The position numbers and the translations under genes are program-made. DNA of 64,000 nt. It comes from Bryobacteraceae bacterium (lineage in GTDB: Bacteria; Acidobacteriota; Terriglobia; Bryobacterales; Bryobacteraceae). The notes below the pieces were generated by a model. The model ran no database searches and was not told the origin of the DNA. It was given only the letters and a program-made list of their open reading frames with translations. The stretch spans positions 25,313-89,312 of the forward strand of contig DATAYL010000543.1 of the NCBI GenBank assembly GCA_036272575.1, in the 5' to 3' direction. The stretch's first letter is position 1. Each line of letters begins with the position of its first letter. Positions 47,602-56,805 of this stretch are shown here, in pieces.

Positions 47602-49400
47602 AGACTCTTTTTGGGTTGCTGTGTCCCTTAGTTCTCTACGCGCAAAGTCAAACGCCGCCGCCTCCACAAAGACAAACTGTTGTCGTTACCGGAGTGGCCG
47701 CGCCTTTGCCGCTCGAAGAACTCGACCGTTCCGTCAACGTGATGGGCGATCTGCCGAAAGAGCAGATTCTCTTCGGCGGCCTGCAAAATCTCCTGCAGCT
47801 TGATTCCTCCATCGATCTGCAGGAACGAGCGCCGGGCGTGCAGAGTGACATTTCGATTCGCGGCGGCACCTTCGGCCAAACTCTTGTGCTTGTCGATGGA
47901 CTGCGCGTAAACGATGCACAGAGCGGACATCATAACTTCGATGTTCCCGTGCCGCTCGAGGCGATGAGCCACATCGAAGTCCTGCGCGGCACAGGCTCGA
48001 CCCTCTACGGTTCTGATGCCATTGGCGGTGTCGTCAACGTGCTGACTCGCGTCGACCCTGAACCCGCACTCGTTTTGCAAGCCGCCGGGGGCAGCTTCGG
48101 CACTAATTCACAGGGCGGCCGCTTCTCGTTCAGCCAAGGACCAGTCTCGCAACAGTTTTCTTTCGAGCGCGAACTCTCCGACGGTTTTGAAGACGATCGC
48201 GAATACCGCAATTTAGCCGGTTCCTCCGAGACGCTCCTTCACACGCGGCTCGGCGTTACCCGGCTCTTCTTCTCCGGCCTCGATCGTCCCTTCGGCGCAA
48301 ATAACTTTTACGGCAATTACAATTCATGGGAGCGTACCAAAACCTGGTATGCGGCCCTCTCGCAGGCGCTCGGCGAGAACACTTTGTTCACTTTTTCCTT
48401 CCGCCGCCACACCGACCTGTTTGAACTCTTCCGTGACCAGCCGACCCTTGATGCCAATCGCCATTCTGACGAGGCCTGGGATGTGACCTTGCGCCGGCAT
48501 AACGATCTCTCCCGTTCTGTCCGGCTCTCTTATGGAGCCGAAGGGTTTTACGACAGTATCGAGAGTACGAATCTCGGTTATCACCATCGCCGGCAAGGCG
48601 CCGGGTATGGCGTGCTCGATTTTCGTGCGCTGCGCCGCTTCTCCTTGTCGCTCGGCGCGCGCGAAGAATTTTTCGGACACCACCAAACGTTCTTCGCACC
48701 AACTGTAAGTGGGGGCGTTTGGCTCGCCGGCAGCCTGAAGCTACGCGGCTCAGTCAGCCGTGCATTTCGCCGACCCACTTACACGGACCTCTACTATCAC
48801 GATCCCGCCGACATTGGCAATCCGGATCTGAAACCTGAAGAAGCCATGAACTACGAAGCGGGCGCCGACTGGTACTTTCATCCCAAATGGCGCGCCACGG
48901 CGACCGTGTTTGACCGCGATGAAAAGAACGGTATTGATTACGTGCGCGCCTCACCCGCCAATCCCTGGATCGCCACCAATTTCGACGCCATCCGCTTTCT
49001 CGGCTTCGAGTCCGCCATCACCGGCTCGCTCCCTTACGGACAAACTGCCTCTGTCCAATACACCGCGCTGCATGGGTCGCAGGCCTTAGCGGCAGGTGAA
49101 CAATCGGAATATCTTTTCAATTATCCGGTGAACGAAGCTATTGCCACTTGGCAGATATTTTCGGAGCACGGATTCCTGGCACGTACCCGCGTCGGCGTTC
49201 TCGACCGCTACCGTCAGAATGCGTATGCCCTCTGGGACGTGAACATCGGCTGGAACCGCTCGCGCTTTCACCCCTATCTGCAACTCGCCAACGTGACAAA
49301 TACGCGATACCAGGAGATTACCGGCGTCGATATGCCTGGGCGTTCTGTCACGGTGGGCATCGAAATCTTTTGTCCTTTGCCGCGAAGTCCGTTATGGTAG
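47598..49400 (+). CDS. TonB-dependent receptor (600 aa)
   Basis: Short signal peptide, TonB-box-like QTVVVTG, and a plug domain (SDISIRGG...VLVDGLRVND...IEVLRGTGSTLYGSDAIGGVVNV). The beta-barrel ends ...VGIEIF plus 9 aa. The TTG start overlaps the ligase TGA. Confidence 0.8.
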   Translation: MKTLFGLLCPLVLYAQSQTPPPPQRQTVVVTGVAAPLPLEELDRSVNVMGDLPKEQILFGGLQNLLQLDSSIDLQERAPGVQSDISIRGGTFGQTLVLVDGLRVNDAQSGHHNFDVPVPLEAMSHIEVLRGTGSTLYGSDAIGGVVNVLTRVDPEPALVLQAAGGSFGTNSQGGRFSFSQGPVSQQFSFERELSDGFEDDREYRNLAGSSETLLHTRLGVTRLFFSGLDRPFGANNFYGNYNSWERTKTWYAALSQALGENTLFTFSFRRHTDLFELFRDQPTLDANRHSDEAWDVTLRRHNDLSRSVRLSYGAEGFYDSIESTNLGYHHRRQGAGYGVLDFRALRRFSLSLGAREEFFGHHQTFFAPTVSGGVWLAGSLKLRGSVSRAFRRPTYTDLYYHDPADIGNPDLKPEEAMNYEAGADWYFHPKWRATATVFDRDEKNGIDYVRASPANPWIATNFDAIRFLGFESAITGSLPYGQTASVQYTALHGSQALAAGEQSEYLFNYPVNEAIATWQIFSEHGFLARTRVGVLDRYRQNAYALWDVNIGWNRSRFHPYLQLANVTNTRYQEITGVDMPGRSVTVGIEIFCPLPRSPLW

Positions 49401-51766
49401 AACAAAAGGCGAATCAGATTTTGAACTTTGCTCTCGATTTCGGGGAACCGCGCACTGCGGAGAACGCCCTAACCATCCCGCCACCGTCTCCGTTGTCCGC
49501 GTTCGTCGGACGTTTTGAGCAGTTGATGACGGAGCACGAGTCGCCTGTCCGGGCGATTCGTCACCAGCCCGCCAGAGCGGCCCGCTATTCTCCGTTTCCC
49601 GTGCGCCTCGACCCGAAACTGCAAACCGCTCTTCAACTTCGGGGCATTGAAAAACTGTATCTTCATCAGGCCGCCGCGGTAGAGCATTCGCTCGACGGCC
49701 AAAATGTCGCCGTCGTTACGCCTACCGCGAGCGGCAAGACGCTCTGCTACAACCTGCCCGTTGTTCAGACCATTCTTGCGAACCCTGCTGCCCGCGCCGT
49801 ATATCTTTTTCCGACCAAAGCTCTGGCCGAAGATCAGCGGCTCGAGCTTCAGCGCTTAAATGATGCGATTGGCGGGCCGCTGACCTGCCATACCTACGAT
49901 GGCGACACACCGTCCGACGCCCGGCGCTCCATTCGCGACAAAGCAAATGTAGTGCTGACTAACCCGGACATGCTGCACACCGGCATCCTGCCGCACCACA
50001 CCAAGTGGGTCAAGCTGTTTGAGAACCTCGAATACTTCATCATCGATGAACTGCATTACTATCGCGGCGTTTACGGCAGCCACCTTGCCAACGTATTGCG
50101 CCGGTTGAAGCGCATCTGCGAATTTTACGGAACGAACCCAAAGTTCATCTGCTGCTCCGCGACGATCGCCAATCCGAAAGAGTTGGCCGAATCGATTACC
50201 GCCGAACCGTTTGAACTGGTCTCGGAAAATGGCGCTCCGTCGGGCGATAACTATTTTGTTTTCTATAATCCACCGGTCGTCAATCAGCAATTAGGCATCC
50301 GCCGGAGCTACCTGCATGAGACCCGGCGGGTGGCCCTCGAGTTCGTTCGGCAAAATGCCCAAACGCTGGTTTTCACTAACAATCGTCTGGCCACCGAAAT
50401 CCTCACCACGTATTTAAAAGACGCGTGCGCCCAACTTCCCTTTTCGCACGAAGCGGTACGCGGCTATCGCGGGGGCTATCTGCCGAAGGAGCGCCGCCAT
50501 ATCGAGGCCGGCCTGCGCGAGGGCGTGATCCGTGCCGTCATCGCCACCAATGCGCTCGAACTCGGCGTCGACATCGGCTCGCTCGACAGCGTCGTGCTGG
50601 CAGGTTATCCGGGCAACATTGCCTCCACCTGGCAGCGAGCGGGGCGCGCCGGCCGCCGCAGCGCCACTTCAGTTGCCGTATTGGTTGCGTCCAGCGCGCC
50701 GCTCGATCAATACATCATTGAGCATCCCGACTACTTCTTCGGCAACTCGCCCGAAGAAGCGCACATCAACGCCGATAATCTAGAAATTTTCCTCAATCAT
50801 CTGAAATGCGCGGCGTTTGAATTGCCGATTCGCGATGGCGAAACGTTTGGCGGCCAGCAGATCGAAAAACTCTGCCGCTTTCTCGCGGAGGACTTGCAAC
50901 TGCTTCATCACTCGGGCGACTGCTGGCACTGGGTCAGCGACAGCTATCCGGCCGATTCGGTCAGTCTGCGCGCCGTCAGCAGTGACAATTTCCTGGTGAT
51001 TGATGTCACGGAGGATCACAAGATTATTGGCGAAGTCGATTTCCCTTCAGCCCTGACGACACTGCACGAAAAAGCAATCTACCTACATGACGCGCGCCAG
51101 TTCCAGGTCGAGAAGCTCGATTTCGACGGGCGTAAAGCATTCGTCCGCCGGGTCGATTCCGACTACTTCACCGACGCCATCGTTTACACACAAGTGAGCG
51201 AGCTCTCGCAATTTGAAGCCGTCGATTGGTATGCGCATGGCGAAGTGCGCGTGAAGCGACAAGTCGTCGGTTTTAAGAAAATCAAGTTCTACACGCTGGA
51301 AAATGTTGGCGCGGGATTGTTATCGCTCCCCGAGCAGGAAATGCACACGACCGCTTTCTGGCTGCACTTGTCCGCCGGCTTCTTCTCTGACTTTGCCGGC
51401 TTCTCAACCGCCGATTTACAAGATTCGGTTCACGGCGCCGGCAACGTTCTCAAAACAGTTGCGTCGGTGCTGCTGCTAAGCGACCCGCGCGACCTCGCAG
51501 TCACGGTGCTCGATGATTCTGCCCAGAAGAGTGTGGCTTTTGAACCCGACATCGTTCTCTACGATAATTATCCCGGCGGGATCGGGCAAAGCGATCCGCT
51601 GTTTCGCCGTCGCGAAGAACTGTTGCGCGCCGCGCTGGATTTAGCCTCGAGTTGTAAGTGCGAAGCCGGCTGCCCTAGTTGCGTTGGCCCGCATAACGAG
51701 ATCGGTCATCGCGGCAAAGAAGGGGCCATTCGCATTCTTGAGAAGTTGAACTGTTCAACTGTTTAA
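49394..51766 (+). CDS. DEAD/DEAH-box helicase of the MrfA/YprA type with C-terminal DUF1998 zinc-ribbon
   Basis: VVTPTASGKTLCYNLP (motif I), IIDELHYYRG (DExH), ATNALELGVDIG, QRAGRAGRR (motif VI). C-terminus has CKCEAGCPSCVGPHN. Start set at ATG 49394, overlapping the receptor's stop by 7 nt. Confidence 0.85.
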   Translation: MVEQKANQILNFALDFGEPRTAENALTIPPPSPLSAFVGRFEQLMTEHESPVRAIRHQPARAARYSPFPVRLDPKLQTALQLRGIEKLYLHQAAAVEHSLDGQNVAVVTPTASGKTLCYNLPVVQTILANPAARAVYLFPTKALAEDQRLELQRLNDAIGGPLTCHTYDGDTPSDARRSIRDKANVVLTNPDMLHTGILPHHTKWVKLFENLEYFIIDELHYYRGVYGSHLANVLRRLKRICEFYGTNPKFICCSATIANPKELAESITAEPFELVSENGAPSGDNYFVFYNPPVVNQQLGIRRSYLHETRRVALEFVRQNAQTLVFTNNRLATEILTTYLKDACAQLPFSHEAVRGYRGGYLPKERRHIEAGLREGVIRAVIATNALELGVDIGSLDSVVLAGYPGNIASTWQRAGRAGRRSATSVAVLVASSAPLDQYIIEHPDYFFGNSPEEAHINADNLEIFLNHLKCAAFELPIRDGETFGGQQIEKLCRFLAEDLQLLHHSGDCWHWVSDSYPADSVSLRAVSSDNFLVIDVTEDHKIIGEVDFPSALTTLHEKAIYLHDARQFQVEKLDFDGRKAFVRRVDSDYFTDAIVYTQVSELSQFEAVDWYAHGEVRVKRQVVGFKKIKFYTLENVGAGLLSLPEQEMHTTAFWLHLSAGFFSDFAGFSTADLQDSVHGAGNVLKTVASVLLLSDPRDLAVTVLDDSAQKSVAFEPDIVLYDNYPGGIGQSDPLFRRREELLRAALDLASSCKCEAGCPSCVGPHNEIGHRGKEGAIRILEKLNCSTV

Positions 51767-51777
51767 CGACTCTCAAC

Positions 51778-53436
51778 TCAGCGGTGACGCGGGTCAAAAT
51801 TCGACACCTTCGGAGCCGGCTCGGGTTCGAAGGCAAAGTCGTGGTCCGCGAAGGTATAGCGGAACCATGGGCTATCGCCTGCTCGGCCAAGCTGATGGCG
51901 GAGTCGCCCGAATGACCGATAAATGAGATTGTAGGGCTGCCCGTGATACTTCTGCAAAATGTCGCGCCAAGACCGGGGCGTTTGTTTGATATACGCCGTC
52001 ATGTCTGTCAAGATTTCATCCTCGGTCATTGGTTTCAGGTTCGACGGAGGTTCACCCAGATCCACTGCCGACGACCACGCGAAATTACTTGGATCCCAGT
52101 TGCCCACCAGAGGAATGGTGCAGTCCATGCCAATCTTCGAAGCATAGAAAGGATGGTCAGGATCGCTTATTTTGGGGTCTGTTGACATAGTGTTGCATTG
52201 AGGAATAATGATTGTGTCCTTGTCCGGCATGTAGCGGAATGCGATACACTGCGCGATGCGATTGTCGTCCCAGATGTCCACGTCGTCGTTGAACACCATC
52301 GCCACCTTCGGCAAACCCTGCTTCGAGCTCGTCAGCATAATCGCCAGCGCCTGTTTCGCATCGCCGCCGCCGCGCGGCCGAATCGCGGCATAGGCGATAT
52401 TCGAAAGCCCCCCGGCCGGGCAACGCACATCAACCACCTCGATACCGCCCTGTCCCAGCGCATTGAACAGGTCGCTTTCTACCGCGGGCAGTTGAATCAT
52501 GTTGTCGGTGTATCCGGGATGCTTCCCGCCGATCGTTGCGTGCTGGTAGATTGCGTTCTTGCGAAAGGTCATGCAATGGATTACGACCCGCGGATTGTGT
52601 TTCAGCCCGCCACCGTACATCCCGGTGAATTCGCCATAAGGACCCTCATCGTGCACCCAACCTTCACAGGTCATGACCTCGCCTTCGAGGACGATCTCTG
52701 CATTTGCGGGCACCAGTAGATCATTGGTCTCGCACTTCACCAGCTTCGCCGCCTGCCCGTAGAAACTGCCCAAGACTTCGAAGTCGGGTGTTTCCGGCGG
52801 TACACCTGAAAGCGCGGCAAGTTTGTCGAGTATCGGGCCGCCTAAGACAATCGCCACCGGCATGTTCTGGCCCTTGGCCTGGTACTTTAACCCGTTTAGC
52901 CGGCCGCGATGACTCGTGCAGGTCATGTCAAAATTCTTTTCGTTCTTTGTGCGGAACATCGAGCGGTATACGCCCCAATCGATCACATTGGTATCCGGAT
53001 CCTTTGTGATCACCAGGTTGTCGTTGGTATAGGAGTGCCCATCGCGGTCATGATGCAGGAACAAGGGCAGGCGCGTGAGATCTACGTCATCTCCCTTCAG
53101 GATCACTTCCTTGCATGGCGCCGTCGTAACGGTCTCTGGTTTGATGCGTCCCTTGGCGAGCTCCGCGATGCGTTCGCCGGACTCGTTCCGTTTGCAACCC
53201 AATGCCCACGCATACTGCTCGTGAGTTGCGTATGCATTCGCTAAGAACGAAAACTCGCTGTCTTGAATCTTTTCCACCAGCACCGCTTGCTTCGGATACT
53301 GTTCCATAAGCAACGGCAGCTGATCGACGCGCTTCTTTTCTTTAATGCGCACGAGCAGGCCGGCTGCTTCCATCGCCGAGGTAAACTCGACTAAGCTTTG
53401 CTGCCCGCGCAGGTTTCCCGACCAAGTCATCGGCAC
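51778..53436 (-). CDS. UbiD-family (prFMN-dependent) decarboxylase
   Basis: PVAIVLGGPI..., CETNDLLVPANAEIVLEGEV...EGPYGEFTGMYGG is the conserved UbiD core. 552 aa with a C-terminal extension. Confidence 0.85.
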   Translation of the reverse strand: MPMTWSGNLRGQQSLVEFTSAMEAAGLLVRIKEKKRVDQLPLLMEQYPKQAVLVEKIQDSEFSFLANAYATHEQYAWALGCKRNESGERIAELAKGRIKPETVTTAPCKEVILKGDDVDLTRLPLFLHHDRDGHSYTNDNLVITKDPDTNVIDWGVYRSMFRTKNEKNFDMTCTSHRGRLNGLKYQAKGQNMPVAIVLGGPILDKLAALSGVPPETPDFEVLGSFYGQAAKLVKCETNDLLVPANAEIVLEGEVMTCEGWVHDEGPYGEFTGMYGGGLKHNPRVVIHCMTFRKNAIYQHATIGGKHPGYTDNMIQLPAVESDLFNALGQGGIEVVDVRCPAGGLSNIAYAAIRPRGGGDAKQALAIMLTSSKQGLPKVAMVFNDDVDIWDDNRIAQCIAFRYMPDKDTIIIPQCNTMSTDPKISDPDHPFYASKIGMDCTIPLVGNWDPSNFAWSSAVDLGEPPSNLKPMTEDEILTDMTAYIKQTPRSWRDILQKYHGQPYNLIYRSFGRLRHQLGRAGDSPWFRYTFADHDFAFEPEPAPKVSNFDPRHR

Positions 53437-53485
53437 AATTCAGAGCCCTTCACTTCCATTTGCTTCGACCTATTAGCGGTCACAA

Positions 53486-53902
53486 TCATACTTCGACCTG
53501 CCGTTTTGTGACTTGGAATCCTTCCGCCTCCTGTTGCAAACGCCCAAGCAGCACCCCCCACAAGGTGTTGCATTTCTGATGATTTGGGTCACTTCCCGCC
53601 CTTTCCCGATGCACCAATCGAACGAGTGTTCCGCCCTTGTCAGTGTCTGAGAACGCGAAGCTCAGCTCACTCCCCTTCGCATTTCCCGGTCCGTCTTCGC
53701 AATGCCACGTTACCTGGTCGTTGGTGGCCGCGATGACCTTCCAGCGAAATGTCGCCCCGTTCTGATAGGCGACTGTCCACTCTTGCGGTCCACCCGAAAC
53801 ACGGGCTCCATTCCAGCGCTCCAGCGCCGCCAAGGTGGTCAGCGCTTCCAGGATCTTTGGTCGCGCTGCGCCCATCTTCAGTTGGTGTTGAATCTCCGCC
53901 AT
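53486..53902 (-). CDS. SRPBCC-superfamily (AHSA1/START-like) protein
   Basis: 138 aa. Begins with a helix-like segment, followed by a predominantly beta-like pattern, with W-rich motifs (FRWKVIAATNDQVTWHCEDGP...). Family call is tentative. Confidence 0.5.
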   Translation of the reverse strand: MAEIQHQLKMGAARPKILEALTTLAALERWNGARVSGGPQEWTVAYQNGATFRWKVIAATNDQVTWHCEDGPGNAKGSELSFAFSDTDKGGTLVRLVHRERAGSDPNHQKCNTLWGVLLGRLQQEAEGFQVTKRQVEV

Positions 53903-54149
53903 ACACGCCTCTTTTCTCGGAATAATTGTTCCGCCGGACCTCTTCCAGGATCGTAACCGAATATTACAGAGTATAAAAATTTATGCCGGCAGCCGTCGAG
54001 GGCGAGTTCCTGAGTAGCGGGTCAAGCCAACTGGCCAGAGACGAATATGTGTAAAAGGTTTCGGGCGTGTGTCGCGTAACTGAATTTCTTAAAACGAAGG
54101 CGTGTGAAGATCGGCGGTTACCTTGGCAGCTACCTCCGGAAGTACCGCT

Positions 54150-55451
54150 TCAGATGGTCGAACGAGTCAGGTCTTCGTCTTTCGTCTCGCGAATTAGAAC
54201 TAATCCGAGAAGCGTGAGGATCGCCGACACGACCAAATAATATCCGACATACGGCAGCCCGTACCCTTTGGCCAGCCAGGTAGCAATGTAGGGCGCCAGC
54301 GAAGCTCCTAAAATGCCGGCAAAGTTGAAGGCAAGTGAACTTCCCGTGTAGCGCACAGGAGTCGGAAAAAGTTCAGAAATAGCCGTGCCCAGCGGCCCGT
54401 AGGTAAAACCCATCAGTGAGAGGCCCAGTGCCATCATCACCACAGCGCCGGCAGTCCCAGCGGCAAACAGCGGCGCCATGATCAATCCAAAAACCGCGAT
54501 CGCTATTGTCACCCAAAACATCGCGCGCCGCCGTCCCCGTTCCGCAAATAGCGCCGAGATGGGTATCGTCAGCGCAAAGAAAGAGATACAGAACAACTGC
54601 ATGAACAGAAACTTGCCGCGGCTATAGCCAAGCGCGCTGGTGCCCCACGACAGAGAGAAAACCGTCATCAGATAAAACAGGACAAACGTCGCGAGGCACA
54701 ACAGGATGCCTGCGACCAGCGCCCGCGCATGGTTGCGAACTACATCGAACATGGGGAACTTCACCTGCTCGCCCCGATCGAGAGCTTGCCGGAACACAGG
54801 AGTCTCACTAATCTTCAGGCGCACATAAAGGCCCAGAAATACAAGTACGGCGCTTGCAAGGAAAGGAAGGCGCCAACCGAAAGCGAAGAACTGCTTGTCC
54901 GTGAGCCATCGCGAAAGCAGCAGGAATACAGTACCGGAGAGAAAGAAGCCGACCGGCGCACCCAACTGCGGAAACATGCCATACCAGGCGCGCTTTTTCG
55001 GAGGTGCATTCTCAATAGCCAGGAGCACGGCGCCGCCCCATTCGCCGCCGAGACCGATCCCTTGACCAAAGCGGCAGAGTGCAAGCAGTAGCGGAGCGGC
55101 AAAGCCGATAGCACGGTAGGTCGGCAACACGCCGATCGCTACCGTCGAAATACCCATAGTCAAAAGTGAGAGGACCAGGGTGGTTTTGCGGCCGACGCGA
55201 TCGCCAAAGTGCCCGAAGAGCGCTGACCCAATCGGTCGCGCCAGGAAGGCGATTCCAAACGTCGCCAGTGATGCGAGCGTGGCCGAAGCGGGATCGGAGG
55301 CAGGGAAGAACAGCCGGGGAAAAACCAGTACCGCCGCAGTGGCGTAAATGTAGAAATCAAAAAATTCGATTGTGGTGCCGATCAAGCTGGCTAGCAGCAC
55401 CTGGTGAGGCGCGTTAACCGGCGCCAACGTTCTGGTGTTTGTGGCGCTCAT
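54150..55451 (-). CDS. MFS transporter, metabolite:H+ symporter (MHS) family
   Basis: GTTIEFFDFYIYATAA...FLARPIGSALFGHFGDRVGRKTTL is the MHS signature. 12 TM-like segments. Start set at ATG 55451. Confidence 0.85.
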   Translation of the reverse strand: MSATNTRTLAPVNAPHQVLLASLIGTTIEFFDFYIYATAAVLVFPRLFFPASDPASATLASLATFGIAFLARPIGSALFGHFGDRVGRKTTLVLSLLTMGISTVAIGVLPTYRAIGFAAPLLLALCRFGQGIGLGGEWGGAVLLAIENAPPKKRAWYGMFPQLGAPVGFFLSGTVFLLLSRWLTDKQFFAFGWRLPFLASAVLVFLGLYVRLKISETPVFRQALDRGEQVKFPMFDVVRNHARALVAGILLCLATFVLFYLMTVFSLSWGTSALGYSRGKFLFMQLFCISFFALTIPISALFAERGRRRAMFWVTIAIAVFGLIMAPLFAAGTAGAVVMMALGLSLMGFTYGPLGTAISELFPTPVRYTGSSLAFNFAGILGASLAPYIATWLAKGYGLPYVGYYLVVSAILTLLGLVLIRETKDEDLTRSTI

Positions 55452-55777
55452 CGATCGAAAACGCTCGAGATCACAGCGCGCGGAATAGCGGGACGAACAA
55501 TCTCGGCGTAGCGCCGGTAATAGCGGCGCCGACCGAAACAAGCCCTGGTACAGGAAAGGCCAAAGAAGAGGACCAGGGCAATCGCAATCAGACATCCCAA
55601 TCCGATCTTCTTCACTGTCGCGGAATTTTTTCCTGGTACAGTCCTCGACGGTTCGAAGGGCGGTGGGGGTTGATAGGAAGTCTGCCGCGGCTGCCCGGTG
55701 TTATCCAGCGGCGTGCCGCAGTTGGCACAGAATTTCGCAGTGTCCGGATTGGCCAAACCACAATTGGGACAATTCAT
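55448..55777 (-). CDS. zinc-ribbon membrane protein
   Basis: MNCPNCGLANPDTAKFCANCGTPL (CxxC...CxxC), a Pro-rich linker and one TM helix. Its TGA overlaps the ATG of the MFS gene (ATGA). Confidence 0.6.
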   Translation of the reverse strand: MNCPNCGLANPDTAKFCANCGTPLDNTGQPRQTSYQPPPPFEPSRTVPGKNSATVKKIGLGCLIAIALVLFFGLSCTRACFGRRRYYRRYAEIVRPAIPRAVISSVFDR

Positions 55778-55863
55778 ATTAGGTTCACTGTAACGGATCG
55801 CAGAGTAGCGCGCCATTGCGCGACACTGATGACGCTAAGGCCTGATCCCAAATGTAATAAGGA

Positions 55864-56703
55864 CTAGTCGTCGCTTCGGTTATGATCGCCGTCTTCCGGA
55901 AATACTGCATAACCGGAGGGCGGCGGATACAGGGTCTTCAAAGCGTTCAAGCGCTTGCGCAAGTAGCGGCTCGGCAGCTGACGCGGTCCGGTTTCCACGT
56001 CGATATCGCAGCAAATGCCATGCAGATAGAGCGTCAGCGTATCGACAAAAGATTGCCGTACATAATCTTCAAACAACAGCGTCTCGCGCTTAATGTTCGA
56101 TTGCCGCCGCAATAAAGTCTGCTTAGCCTGCCAACTGTCATCATCGACCTCGCCATGCACGCTGCCGGTCAGTTCTTCCCGAATCAACGCTTTGTAGGCT
56201 GAAGAGGCCTCCGGGGACCAATTGTCCGCCACGAGCGTGGACAAACGCCGGTACAAGCGGTAATGGTATTCCGCAACGTCCTGCTCTTTCAGTGCGAACA
56301 CCAGAACGGTTTCATTTTCAAAGCTGACTTGCGACGCCCAGGACTGCTGTCCATCGGCAGGCCGCTCTGCCACGACGAAGTCTGCGGTTTTATCAGTACT
56401 TTTACGCTTTTTGCGCGTCGTTTTTGTGGCGGTCCGGTCGTGCGTACGTTCGAGATAGGGCACGAGTAAGATAGAGATGCGGGGCAGCATGGATGCGAGA
56501 GCCGCAGGCAATGCGGCGATCGGCTCTTCCAAGTACTCTTTGACGACCTCTTCGCTCATGGGCACCGAAGCGCAGAAGTAGCTAAAGGTATTGCTAAGGG
56601 GGATGACCTCGCCCCGGAAACGCTCCGCAAACTGGCCTACGCTGAGCCTCGCCAGATTGGCCTGAGCCGGAACGGCGGGATTCGGCTCTCTTTGACTGGG
56701 CAT
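55864..56703 (-). CDS. hypothetical protein (279 aa)
   Basis: Long ORF with protein-like composition and a K/R-rich central linker (TKTTRKKRKSTDK). No family recognised. Confidence 0.5.
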   Translation of the reverse strand: MPSQREPNPAVPAQANLARLSVGQFAERFRGEVIPLSNTFSYFCASVPMSEEVVKEYLEEPIAALPAALASMLPRISILLVPYLERTHDRTATKTTRKKRKSTDKTADFVVAERPADGQQSWASQVSFENETVLVFALKEQDVAEYHYRLYRRLSTLVADNWSPEASSAYKALIREELTGSVHGEVDDDSWQAKQTLLRRQSNIKRETLLFEDYVRQSFVDTLTLYLHGICCDIDVETGPRQLPSRYLRKRLNALKTLYPPPSGYAVFPEDGDHNRSDD

Positions 56704-56805
56704 CTAAGTTTTCGACCTCGATTCTAGCAGAGCGAACCGGCGGCAAATTGGCCCCCGGAAAGATTTCGTGACTTAGAAGCCACTGCTAAAATCGAGAAAA
56801 TACAA

